DNA from: Wallemia ichthyophaga EXF-994
Taxonomy: Eukaryota > Fungi > Basidiomycota
NCBI RefSeq assembly: GCF_000400465.1
Contig: NW_008806296.1
Location: 82,749-114,748 of the forward strand
Direction of reading: 5' to 3'
DNA length: 32,000 nucleotides
A model generated the notes under the pieces. That model was given only the letters and a program-made list of their open reading frames with translations. It was not told where the DNA came from and did not search any database. Position numbers and translations under genes: made by a program. This document shows, piece by piece, positions 12,980-24,037 of this stretch (positions within the stretch are counted from its first letter, which is position 1; each line of letters opens with the position of its first letter).

Positions 12980-13912
12980 TTACAACGCCCGGTCATTCTC
13001 AACAGCTTCCCGCACCAGCTCGACAAAGTCAGCAGGTTTCTCCGTGTGCACAAAGTGGCCAGCGTTGAGTGTATGTAGCTGCATATTGGGGAAGAAGCGC
13101 TTGGCGAGTGGGATATTCTTGTGGTTGAGATAACTGCTATGCTCGCCCTTGATAAAAGTTGTAGGTTTATCAAACACTGCATTGCTCTGCTCGCCGAAAG
13201 GGAAGTCACCGATAGCGTCTATAGAATCGCGGAGGATATCGACAGGGATTCTGAATTTGTAGAAGCCAGTATCCTTATTCATCTCCGCGTTAGTGAGAAG
13301 GAATTGTCTTATAGCCATATTGCTTTCGACCTTTTTGAGCATCTCGTCAGCCTCCTTCTTGGAACGCACGTTAGCGTGTTCGATGTCTACCATAGTCTGC
13401 GTATAAGCGAGGAACTCTTCCGATATGGATGCTCTCTGCGGCGACATATCAGCGACGATGAGACGACGGAGGAGATGCGGCTGTGCTAGCGCTAACGCCA
13501 TCACGACTTTACCGCCCATCGAATGTCCGAGGAGGGTGACGTTGTGGAGGTTGTGCGATTCGATGAATTGAGATACATCCGCTGCCATGTGAGCGTAGTC
13601 GTGAGGCGTTGCGTGTGGAGAAGTGCCGTGGTTGCGCAAATCGAGCGTGTAGATGGAGCTGTGCGTTTTGGTTGCCATGTTACGCGCCAACGTCCGCCAG
13701 TTCTGCTTGGATCCCATCAGTCCGTGGCAGACTACAATCGGCTCAGAGTCTAAACTCCCCTCTATTTTCTCATATGCGAGGTTGACCGTGGAGAGTTGTC
13801 TAAGGTGAGAGTGTGTTTTGAGTGGCACAGTTGAAGTGGCTGCTATGAATCCTCTACATGCTCCTCCTCTAAATGCTGCCCTATTTAACGCTGATATAGT
13901 TGACAGTATCAT
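12980..13912 (-). CDS. Alpha/beta-hydrolase, ABHD11/YbfF-like, with a probable mitochondrial presequence
   Basis: Motifs: HGLMGSKQNW, DLRNHGTS, nucleophile LGHSMGG, AGHFVH. The first ATG is at 13912 and is followed by an R/S/T-rich N-terminus. Confidence 0.88.
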   Translation of the reverse strand: MILSTISALNRAAFRGGACRGFIAATSTVPLKTHSHLRQLSTVNLAYEKIEGSLDSEPIVVCHGLMGSKQNWRTLARNMATKTHSSIYTLDLRNHGTSPHATPHDYAHMAADVSQFIESHNLHNVTLLGHSMGGKVVMALALAQPHLLRRLIVADMSPQRASISEEFLAYTQTMVDIEHANVRSKKEADEMLKKVESNMAIRQFLLTNAEMNKDTGFYKFRIPVDILRDSIDAIGDFPFGEQSNAVFDKPTTFIKGEHSSYLNHKNIPLAKRFFPNMQLHTLNAGHFVHTEKPADFVELVREAVENDRAL

Positions 13913-14029
13913 GACGCCGTACAAAAAAGACTGAGTGTGATGATGCAATGCGAAGATATTTAGAAAAACACGAAAAATACCAAGATAATGCAAAGAGATG
14001 CTAAGAATAAGCGTAAAACTCAGTGAATA

Positions 14030-14773
14030 TTAGCAAACCAAGTAACTAAGAGCTTTTGAGGTATTTGAGTTAATATTGAACCAGCTGGACGCTAAGCATG
14101 AACCAGCAGTAGTGGGCTGACTGAATGCAATCTGGTTAGGAGATAGAGTGTAGCCGTAGACTTGATTCTGGGCTATTGAGTTTAGCAGTAAGAGACCTAA
14201 ACGTTGTCTTCTGTGTTTGTTGATTACGTGTATGCGGTGAATAGCAAATTTGACTTTTACAGGTGAGTGAATGTTGATGATAAGATTCGAGTGTGATGCT
14301 TGGGAGTGTAAGCTGTATGCAACATTCCAAGGAGAAGTAATTGCAGAAGCAATAATGTGATTATCGCGTAGAATCATGTAAGATGAAGATTTTACGAGAA
14401 TTGTAGTAGTTAGCGGAGGGGAGTTCAAAGACGCGTTTAACTGATCGTGAACCTGACTTAACGCGTAATATAGTTTCGAATTCAGCTTTATATTATTATA
14501 ATCAATCTTGAGTAGAGTGATATCACCCGATTGATGAATAATTTTGATTGATTTGTTTGGCTTAAGCTTCCAAGTCATACCGTGTACTAAGTTATTATGA
14601 AATAGGTCGTGTAACTTTGATTCCTTCAAATTACCACGCGTGTACTTGAATTGACATGTATTACAAGATATAATACTCATGTTTGATTGACCAAAGTTGA
14701 GATAAGATTGTTTATACCTGTGTACTTCTATGGTCTAATCAAATAACAAACCAATAAACTCCACTTACATCAT
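14030..14773 (-). CDS. ECO1: Cohesin acetyltransferase Eco1/ESCO, minimal form (about 230 aa)
   Basis: Exons 14773-14769 and 14717-14030 (51-nt GTAAGT..CAG intron) give 693 nt. This model restores the PIP-like KQSYLNFGQ ahead of the zinc finger CNTC..HDLFH. The C-terminus has AIHRIHV..RRQRLG and QIAFSQPTTAG. The 5-nt first exon is less certain. Confidence 0.8.
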
Positions 14774-14787
14774 CAAACTTCACAACG

Positions 14788-15083
14788 ATGACCGAGATGT
14801 CAGAGCAAGCCAAACTCGACCAATTTATATCACAAAAACCACAGCAAAAATACAAATTCGATGGAAAGCTGGAGAGTGATAACGTGTTAGTCTGTAGAAG
14901 TGATAACGATTGTATAGAATTGGAGATTAAACGGAATAATATGATTAATATGATGAATGTAAGTGGGTTGATTGATAGGCATAATAACATTTAACCAGCC
15001 AATAGAAATTAAACATGTTCTGTGTTCTACCTCAAGCCCCCACTGAAACTGAAATTGAATGTACCAAACTCCCTTCAGATTAA
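14788..15083 (+). CDS. Hypothetical 82-aa protein
   Basis: Exons 14788-14958 and 15006-15083 flank a 47-nt GTAAGT..TTAAC..TAG intron and join in frame to a TAA. No family recognised. Confidence 0.4.
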
Positions 15084-15115
15084 CGTTCAAACGATCAAGA
15101 TATTAAGTATAAATT

Positions 15116-15939
15116 ATGAGTGGGTGGTATTTGTACGACTAGAACTCAAGGTCTCTAAATGAATAAATAAATAGATGAATTAGTTAAGGAGGAAGTTGAA
15201 GTTGGTCGACTGTAATTGATTTTAACCATTAGACTAACTTTTGACCAAGGTACTTGAATCAATCTATGCAGATGAACTAACTGTTTTATCTGATAATAAA
15301 CTATCAATTAAATTAGACTCAGAGGAAGTTGAAGGTGAAGATACTATTTCAACTAATTTGTCAGTCAATTATACTCCAAAATATCCAGATGAATTGCCAG
15401 AGTTTGAAATTGATGTTTTGGAAGGTGATTTGGGTGATGAAGATGTTCAAAATTTGCACAATGACTTAGTTGATTTGGGTAATGAGAGCTTAGGGATGCC
15501 ATTAGTATTTACGTTATCTTCAACGCTTAAAGATAGTTTATCAGATCTACTTCTCAATAGATTAAAATCAAAGCAACAAGTTGAATCTGATAAGAAGCAA
15601 GCAGAGATTGAAGCCGAGTTGGAGAGAACAAGAGGTACTCAATTAACAATACAAAACTTTAATGAGTGGAGGATTAACTTTATAAAGGAAAGGAACGCCA
15701 AGCTAGAGGAGGCTGAGGAAGCCCAGCTTCAAAAGCTTAATAACAAAGATAGAGAGGAATTGAAGAGATGGAATACAAGGAAATCTGGTAAACAACTATT
15801 TGAGAAGGATACAACGCTAGCAAATAGCGATTCAAATCTCATAAACGTGAATGACAAAGTGGTTGATAAGAGGGAGTATCAAGGTGTTGAAGGAGATGAC
15901 GATGGTGAGCAACTCGTCCAGTTCAGTGATGGGGAATAG
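15116..15939 (+). CDS. GIR2: RWD-domain protein, Gir2/RWDD1-like (DRG GTPase partner)
   Basis: Exons 15116-15119, 15175-15200, 15250-15939 (introns 55 and 49 nt) give 720 nt. Motifs: EEVEVLESIY, YTPKYPDELP, LGMPLVFTL, GTQLTIQNFNEW, SGKQLFE. Confidence 0.82.
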
Positions 15940-16049
15940 GCTAAATTATAAATATATATATCATTCATGGATCCATCGCCAATTATCTCCATTTATCTCG
16001 CTTTAAATCCTTGTACTTCCTTGTTTCCTAACCACCATCAAACAAACCC

Positions 16050-19000
16050 ATGACAGATCAGACAATACTAACGTCTGAAATAATAAAATCAAGAGATGAG
16101 CATGGAAGATTACTTATAAATCAATATTTATTATTATCAGAGTTGGGTAAAGGCCAGCACGGCCGTGTGAGGGAAGCGATTGATACGGAGACCAATGAGA
16201 GATTTGTGAGCGGATAGTCACCCACTAAAATTCCATCTAATACATCATCCCAGGCTGTTAAAATGGTTGATAGAGCTCCAAAGAAACGATTACTCGGCTC
16301 GAAATCACGTCCATCAACCGCTGAAAACCATCTCCGTAAGCCGACGGATAACAAAATATGCAAAGAGATTGCAATTCTCAAAAAATTGCACCACGAGAAT
16401 GTCGTGCAATTGAAGGAAATTATCGATGACGGTGGTTCAAAGACTATTTATATGATATTGGAGTTGATGAAAGGTGGTGAGATTCAGTGGAAGAATGAGC
16501 ATTCTCTGCCTACAATGACAGTTAATCAGGCAAGATCCACGCTCACTGATGTAATTCTCGGTTTAGAATATTTACACTACCAAGGTATAATCCACCGTGA
16601 TATTAAGCCTGCTAACTTATTATGGAATGATTCTAAGAAAGTTAAAATAAGTGATTTTGGTGTTAGTCACTTCAGTTACGCGTTATCTGCGCAGAGTCCT
16701 GATCAATCCCCTCTTTTTACTCTCAGTAGCACCACCAACAACTCCTCCACTCAACTAGACTCTTCTACTCCAAATAGCCCCACTTCCTCTGAGGAACCCC
16801 TCTTCACTGATCAAGATCTTGCTAAAACTGCTGGTAGCCCCGCTTTCTTCGCCCCTGAATTATGCTTTCAACGCTCTTCTCAATTCGATTCTAAACGTCC
16901 AAGAATTACCAACGCTATTGATGTTTGGGCTTTAGGAGTTACCCTATATTGTCTCCTCTTTGGTAAAGTTCCTTTCACTGCTGAAAACGAATTTGCTCTG
17001 TTCAACGTCATACCTGCCCAACCTGTCGAATACCCTCCTTATGCGGGCGCTGATCAACTGTCTTTGAAAGATTCTGAGGAAGGCAAACAATTGCGCGATC
17101 TACTTAACAAACTTTTTGAAAAGGATCCCACAAAGCGCATAAAACTGGCTCAAGTGAAGGTGAGTTGTGATTTTCTCATTAAATCCACTTTCTAACTTTC
17201 AATATAGTCACACCCATGGATTTTGAGAGGTATACATGAACCTTCTGAATGGCTCAAACACACCGATGTCAACGCATCCCCCGCTGTTCAAGTTACAAAT
17301 GAAGAGGTTGAGTCTGCACTTAATTTCAGAACGCGATTGAAGAGGGGTTGGAGGCATATAGCAAATGCTTTCAACGCTGCTACTGGTGCAACTGGTGTAC
17401 CTCGACGTGGTTCTGTCAACTCAAACAACTACAATCCATATCAGTACCACTCACAGTCAGATTTGGATGAGCACAATGACGACAATAACCCCTACGCACC
17501 GACATCAGCCGTTAAGCAATTTTACAATGCTGATTTATCTCCAGCAACAAACCAACAAACTCTTAAACAACGCAGGTTATCTTCTTTGGACAGTAGTAGT
17601 AATAGCAACAACGCAGCACCCAATCTTCAACCACCGACCCACCTCTCACGCGCGGCATCCTTGTCTTCGCAGTCGAGTAGAGCTCACAAGTCAGATCCCT
17701 CATCACGCAGACAATCGATGAACCATCTCCAGTTGAATGCCGCACAATCTCCGCGCTCGTCTTTATCTAATGAGATTGGTACATCATCGCCCAACGTAAC
17801 GCAACCACCCCAATTCACCCAGGTCACGGCCCCGACACCAATACCGATGATGCGCGGTAACTCGGACACGGTCACACTCAGCAACAGCAGCAGCACGGGA
17901 GATTTTGACGAGCAGCCCACGGTCAGTCGCAGCTCAGCGGCGTCTCCTGCAGCGTCGACGGGCAAGCGCGGCACCCTGCGAGGATTCCTCAAAGGATTGA
18001 CGCTCGGCAACCGTAAGACATCCGTATCCTCAAATACCTCAGCCCCTACTCGCTTTGCCTCATTCAGTGACCACCACACGGAGCGGGAAAAGAGGGAAAA
18101 GGAGATTAGGCAAAAGCAGCAGGGAGAGAGGGAGATGCACAAAGCTAGTATTTCGTCACTCTCACCCACCTCTCAACAACAAACTCCGGCGATCTTGCAC
18201 GCTGCCCCGCCTTCGCCTCACTCGCCGGTGGCAGAGAGTTTGTACGACGACGATGTCGATATCGATGTGCAGCTGTCTGGACACTCAGACAGCAGCGATG
18301 AGGAGGAAGATAGTGATCAACTGCTGGCTCTCGCGCACTCCCACTCCCATTCATCTCACCTGCGTTCATCTATTGCAATGGGTGATGAAGAAGAGAGCGA
18401 CGACGGCGCAGAGAGCAGCGACGCGAGCGAACTGAACCAGCCGACACAGTACTGGAGCAATAGGGGCGACGGATGGCGGCATGTCGGTATAGATGGTGTG
18501 TATGATCTCAACGAGACAGGTGATAGAGACAGGGAAGATAAGGAGGCAGTGATGGGGCTGAATAGCGCTGTTAGTGGCGATGATGCTACTAGTACAAGCA
18601 CCAGCACACCCACACCTAATGTGCACTCGGAGCACACGTACTCTGAGCACTCAAATCACTCGGGGCACTCTGAGCACTCTAAGCAAGACTCCACCCCGCT
18701 CGCTCATAATAATAGCACTGCCAATGAGTCCATGACCGATACCGCCTCACTGGTTACCTTTAAAATGAAAAGGCCGCGCGAAGAGCAGACGCGAGCACAG
18801 GAAGAGCAGCAATTACAAGAAGGGCATTTACACGTAAATACATTGCAACCTTACCCTTCTCACCCTTCTCACCCCTCTTACTATGCACACCATGCTCACC
18901 ACGAATATGACAGTAATAGCAGCAGTAGCAGCCAATCGAGCGAGTCAGAAGAAGGCGACACACTCGAAATCACACCACGCCGATCACGCAACTCGTCATT

Positions 19001-19148
19001 CGCTATCACTTCCCGCTCTCCATCCATGTCGCTCAGTCCTACAAAACTGGGCCAGGCGGCCATATTGACTGCCCCACCCGCTCCAACTGCTGCACCTGCT
19101 CCACCACCACCAACACATGGCGACGCAAGTGAGAGAGTAGATGAATAG
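16050..19148 (+). CDS. Ser/Thr protein kinase, CAMKK family (Sak1/Ssp1-like) with a long low-complexity C-terminal tail
   Basis: Exons 16050-16205, 16254-17159, 17208-19148 (two 48-nt introns) give 3003 nt. Motifs: LGKGQHGRV, AVK, HRDIKPANLL, DFG, TAGSPAFFAPE, DVWALGVTLY. Confidence 0.9.
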
Positions 19149-19438
19149 TGATTTATTATAGATATTAAATTCACCATAGATTACATCCTCACAAGGCACA
19201 CATTATATACCATCAATTATTCACTCAGACAAAGCATTCATATACACACCAAATCACACCTTCATTATTTGCATATGGAACTACAACAATCAGCTTCTCA
19301 AACCCCATTACACCTTACTTTTTTGTAGCTTTTGCGATTATACATAGCACATATGAGAAAAAAAAAACATCATTTCATGCATAAATGAAACACATTGAAT
19401 GAAGTAAAACGACTTTTAAACGACTTTAAAGAGCCAAT

Positions 19439-20554
19439 TTATGGAGCAAGCAAAGTCTCCAAGAATTCCTTACTAGCTTGACCTGAAGGAGCGCTCTTCT
19501 TAACGTTAGACTTTCTGTTCTTCTCAGACTTGAGAATTTCTTGACGACGCAATGATTGAGCGTATGGGTTAAGTCTGTAAAGAACGTTCTTGTTACGGAG
19601 AGGGTTCTTCTTTTGGGTGAATGGACGCTTAGCCTCCTTTGGTCCCTTTGGTCTAAGGACTGATTGGATTTCATCAGAGTTGATAACACGAGTAATGTCA
19701 GCATTAGCAATCTTAGCGTGTGGGAGGGTGTAGCCAAGCTTTTGAGAAGATGGCTTGTCGAAGGTACCGAAGATTTCATCCAACAATTTGAAAGCACCCT
19801 CAGTCCAGATGATGAATCTACCAATGTGACCACCAGGAGCCAATTGAAGAAGGTTAAGACGACGAACGTTGCAAAGTTCAACACCTGGAAGGTTACGGAA
19901 AGCCTTGCTAAGACCCTTGTCTTCATCGTAGACGACAAGAGGACCTCTACGTTGACGGTAGCGACGGTTACGGTATTTACCCTTACCGGCACGCTTACCA
20001 CGTGAGTTGGAAACCTTGACAACATCGTCGTAAGCATCAACAGACTTGAGCAAGTCAATAGCTTGCTTGGTCTTCTGGATAGACTCGACTGAAGATGGAA
20101 CAACCAATGGAACTTCTTCAAGCTGGTCAACTCTGTGTCCACGTGCCAAAACCAATGAAGGAAGTGAAGATCCGGCCAAAGCGGAAACAACAGCGAAACG
20201 GCGTTGGTTTTGGTTTACCTTGACGTGCCACTTTCTCCAAACACGAGTTGGAGCGAACATGCGACCGCTACGACACATGTTACCGAAGGCGGCTTGACCA
20301 GAACGGTGAGTACCACCACCACCAACACGTGGAATACGGGCAACAGCACGACCAGTACCCCAAGACTCAGCAGAGGTTTGGTGACCAGCTTGTGGGCTGA
20401 CTGCGTATGGTTGACGCTTGTTCTTAGCAATTGACTTGTGAACAGCGGCGACAACATCCAAACGGATTGGTGCAGTCAAAACAGCTGGAAGTGGTACTGA
20501 TGATGAAGAGGCTTCACCACCGTGGACATTGACGGTTGGACGAGCAGCTGACAT
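19439..20554 (-). CDS. RPL4: 60S ribosomal protein L4 (uL4)
   Basis: Single-exon 371-aa ORF with [30 protein letters not shown] and [19 protein letters not shown]. Confidence 0.98.
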   Translation of the reverse strand: MSAARPTVNVHGGEASSSSVPLPAVLTAPIRLDVVAAVHKSIAKNKRQPYAVSPQAGHQTSAESWGTGRAVARIPRVGGGGTHRSGQAAFGNMCRSGRMFAPTRVWRKWHVKVNQNQRRFAVVSALAGSSLPSLVLARGHRVDQLEEVPLVVPSSVESIQKTKQAIDLLKSVDAYDDVVKVSNSRGKRAGKGKYRNRRYRQRRGPLVVYDEDKGLSKAFRNLPGVELCNVRRLNLLQLAPGGHIGRFIIWTEGAFKLLDEIFGTFDKPSSQKLGYTLPHAKIANADITRVINSDEIQSVLRPKGPKEAKRPFTQKKNPLRNKNVLYRLNPYAQSLRRQEILKSEKNRKSNVKKSAPSGQASKEFLETLLAP

Positions 20555-20773
20555 TTCTTGAAGTTGAGCTCTTGTAAGTCGTTGAAGAAGGTGATTCGCT
20601 GATAATTTTTTTATGAGGCGTCACAGGCGAAAACTAAAATTTGTGATTTTGAGCCAATTTAAAGGCCAGATGTGTAAGTATTATGCGCTGTATTTGAATC
20701 TTCTATTCTACAATACCACTTTCTATTTCCATTTGGTATATCCTTTCGATCAGCCAAAATACTGAGAAGAAGG

Positions 20774-21796
20774 CTACTTTGTGTAGATTGATACTCCGCG
20801 GTCTCAACGCATGTCAGCTTAACCCCTACAAATACAAACTCATACTCACCCCGAATTCCCGTGCAATGTCGCACCTTTTTAAATCCTATCTGCTTGATCA
20901 AAATTTTCTCGAACTGAGAAGGGTCTATTTCAAGTCTATCAAAAGTTTCCTTGAGTTGCTAATGGCTTGTGAGATATGACTCTTTTCATTTCATTATCAA
21001 CCCACACGCATGTCGCTCACTGCGTTCTGATACGACTTGAAAAGTTGAGCTTCTAGCACGAGTACTCCTCCATCGCTCAACATTTTATGCGCGTTATTGA
21101 AAAATTCCAAGAGCTGCTCATCACCCCCGTTCAAGTGTATCCACTTTGTGAGCGATAGTGCGAGAATGACGTTATATGACCCATCCTCAACCTCCATTCG
21201 CGTAACATCTGCATGTTTGAACTCAACATTACGCGGGAAACCTTTCATTGATTCTGGAAAAGGCACAAAGCCAAAGATGCTTGGCCTGTTTGTATTTGGT
21301 TTAGGTAGTGTGATGCACACGTGACTTCACCTACATTGATACTGGGAAGTAGTTAGGCTGGACGGTCGCTGGCTCATCTACGCGCTTCCGCTTTCCCTTT
21401 TCCTCCTCCACAGGCTTAGTCGTCGACCAAATCAGTTTGAGTTGTTTTACTGCTTTGTTGATCAAAGACGCGTCGATATCGATTCCGTGTATGACTTCAG
21501 GGGAATATCTTTGGGCTTATCGTGTGGTGTTAGCTTGTTGGCTATGTTCGCAGCGTCACCACGCCAAACACACCAATTTCAATCGCAATCTTTCCTTCGT
21601 TGCAACCAATATCAAGTATCCTCTTTCCTCGCAGCGAATGGCAGAAATCTTCGCCCAGAGCATCCAATCTGCTATCAATACCGTTCACGTTGCTCTGTCT
21701 CTTCGAGTAGTAATCTAATTTATATTTTGTAAGCAGGTGAATATGCTACAATGAATGGCTGGCACTTTTATAATTGCCGTGGATTGGCGCGCTCAT
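20774..21796 (-). CDS. BIN3: Bin3/MePCE-type RNA methylphosphate capping methyltransferase
   Basis: Exons 21796-21766, 21714-21574, 21515-21335, 21285-21021, 20958-20850, 20802-20774 (introns 51, 58, 49, 62, 47 nt) give 756 nt. Motifs: HGNYKNYY, ILDIGCNEG, GIDID, LALSLTKWIHLNGGD. The first donor (GTGCCA) is non-consensus. Confidence 0.85.
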
Positions 21797-21815
21797 CTCT
21801 TAAACTTGGACGTTG

Positions 21816-23675
21816 ATGTCGTCGAGCAAGAGAGCACTTGATGGGACGCAGGGGACGGAGGAAGGTTCCTCTAAGCGCTTACGCAGGTGAGTTCGTGTCC
21901 TCTGTGGAGCCATCTGTAACATATGCGGCAGCAACGACAGCAGCGAATCAAGTATTCCGGCAAGCTTATCACAACCACAATCAGTACAGGACAAACTAGC
22001 GGAAGCTAAGGCAAGAGTGGCAAAGCTCACAGCGAGTTGGTCACAGCCAAACCAATCAAAAGCTCCTTCCGCTCCGTCTGCTCCGCCTCAAACACCAGAT
22101 CTCAGCACTTCCATCGCAAAGAGCAGAGCAGAAATTGCACGCAAGACGCATGAAATGAAGCAGCGCACTCAATCGCGCATAAATCCTCATCTTGAAGCCA
22201 ATCGCACCGATACCAAAGCACCCGGAAGTGGTTTAGGCACTACAAGCCATCCTCTATTGGCCAACGCCTCCTCACCAGCGTCCCCAGCGTCGACTAAACC
22301 TGCTGCGCCCAAATTCACGTCTGTAAAGGTGCGTCATCGACGTGATATGAGCGGTGCTAACATTGCACAGGCAAATAAAGGCGCAGCTCCAGCCGCTTCA
22401 GCTAACCCTTACCTTCAAGCAGGAGATGCTAACGAAGTTCCTGCTAAACGCAAACGTCAAATGGTCTTCTCTAGGCCTGGAAAGTATATAGCTCAAGCTG
22501 ATGCGGTACGCAATGAAGTCAGTCCAGTCGAAATCACATGGTCTCTTCTCACAATCATCTACAGGCCAAACTAGAAGAATTAAAGCGTAAAATTGATGAG
22601 AATGCCAGGAAAGCTGGTATCACTGGTGAATCTGAAGCTGCATCTGAGCGTGCTTTGAAGGTGAGCATGCTTTCATATGCTTATTTTTTCTAACGATGCA
22701 CTTCAGAGACCACCTCCGCCTGCTGTTGAGTGGTGGGATCAACCATTGTTAAACAACCCTGAATCATATCCTGATGATGTCCACAATGACTCAAAAATTC
22801 ACTCAGATGACAGTCTCATCACTCTTTACGTTCAGCATCCTATTCCTATACCTGCTCCTCACGACAGATCCAAGTTCGCCGCTCTCGATATGAAGTTGAC
22901 AAAGAAGGAAATGAAGAAGATGCGCAAACAGAGACGACAAGGGGAGTTGAGTGATAAGAGAGATAGAATTAAGATGGGACTGCTTCCTCCAGACCCTCCG
23001 AAGGGTGAGTTACTGATTTTTTGCTGAAGCACTGCTAATTTTACCACTATAGTCAAACTATCAAATCTCATGCGCGTCTTGGCAAGTGACGCCATCCAGG
23101 ATCCTACAAAGGTAGAGGCTAAAGTGCGCAAAGATATGCACAAGCGCAAGGCTGAGCATGAGCGTGCAAATGAGGAGAATAAGTTGACGAGAGAGGAGAG
23201 GCACGAGAAAGACGACAGTAAGAGAGCGGAAAATGAGAAAACGAGGGGTACACGTGCAGCAGTCTTTAAGGTGAGATATATGAATAACCCATCGCATCAA
23301 TTTAAGGTACGCAAAAATGCTCAGCAACATGGCCTGTCGGGATGCTGGTTGCAAAATGACAAGTTTCACTTTATATACATTGAAGGAGGAGAGAAGAGCG
23401 TAAGAGCGTACAAAAGATTGATGACAGTGCGCATCGACTGGACGGAAGAGCCCAGAGGCGGTACCGATAACCAGGACGACCAAGGGGAGATTCAACAGCA
23501 GCAATCGCTGGCTGATAACTACTGTCGCCTTATTTGGGAGGGACCAGCGCGCGATAGACTGTTCAACCGCTTTTTGACTAAGGAAATGCAGAGTGACAGG
23601 GAGGCAAAGGAGTTTCTGGGCGAGTCGCTTGCAAACTACTGGGATACAGCCAAAGTGCACACTTTGGAAGAGTGA
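21816..23675 (+). CDS. PRP3: U4/U6 snRNP protein Prp3
   Basis: Exons 21816-21886, 21932-22328, 22371-22517, 22565-22660, 22707-23004, 23053-23675 (introns 45, 42, 47, 46, 48 nt) give 1632 nt. Motifs: VEWWD, YVQHPIPI, LTKKEMKKMRKQRR, MGLLPPDPPKVKLSNLMRVL, DPTKVE, YKRLMTVRIDW. Confidence 0.93.
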
Positions 23676-23924
23676 TTACAATGATTGGACCAGGCATCTA
23701 CCAAGCAATGCATTGCCTTATTTATTAAGCTTCGGAGTGTCGCGTGAGGTGTGCTCGTCTGACCTCATCCGTAGGAGCTAGATTGCATCAGATAGGATAT
23801 TTTCATGTGGCAACACGCTTTAAAGTGAAGCAGTTGGAGTACTAATTAGTACATAGCAGCCAAAGCTCAAATACTGATGGCATTTAGATTATGAGGTCAC
23901 TTATGCAGGGGAAGCTGACAGCCT

Positions 23925-23930
23925 TATAAG
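23925..23930 (+). promoter_or_regulatory. Candidate TATA element of the metallothionein-like gene
   Basis: TATAAG lies about 55 nt upstream of the first (5'-UTR) intron donor at 23986. Confidence 0.4.
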
Positions 23931-24037
23931 AGATCCAATCATATTTTACAATTCTCTCTACCAAACATTCATCAAACAAATTAAAGTGAGAATTGTAGTA
24001 TTCATCGATGCAGCAGACTAACGACAAACCCTCAGCA

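Noticed and set aside
19426-20190. 254-aa alternative-frame ORF overlapping RPL4, plus antisense ORFs
   Set aside because: Explained as a shadow of strong codon bias in a highly expressed gene. No recognisable motif, and it starts at a non-ATG or internal position.
23830-23925. GCTG/CAGC cores as Ace1/Cuf1-type metal-response elements upstream of the metallothionein
   Set aside because: The 4-nt cores lack a convincing full consensus and are too frequent to support.
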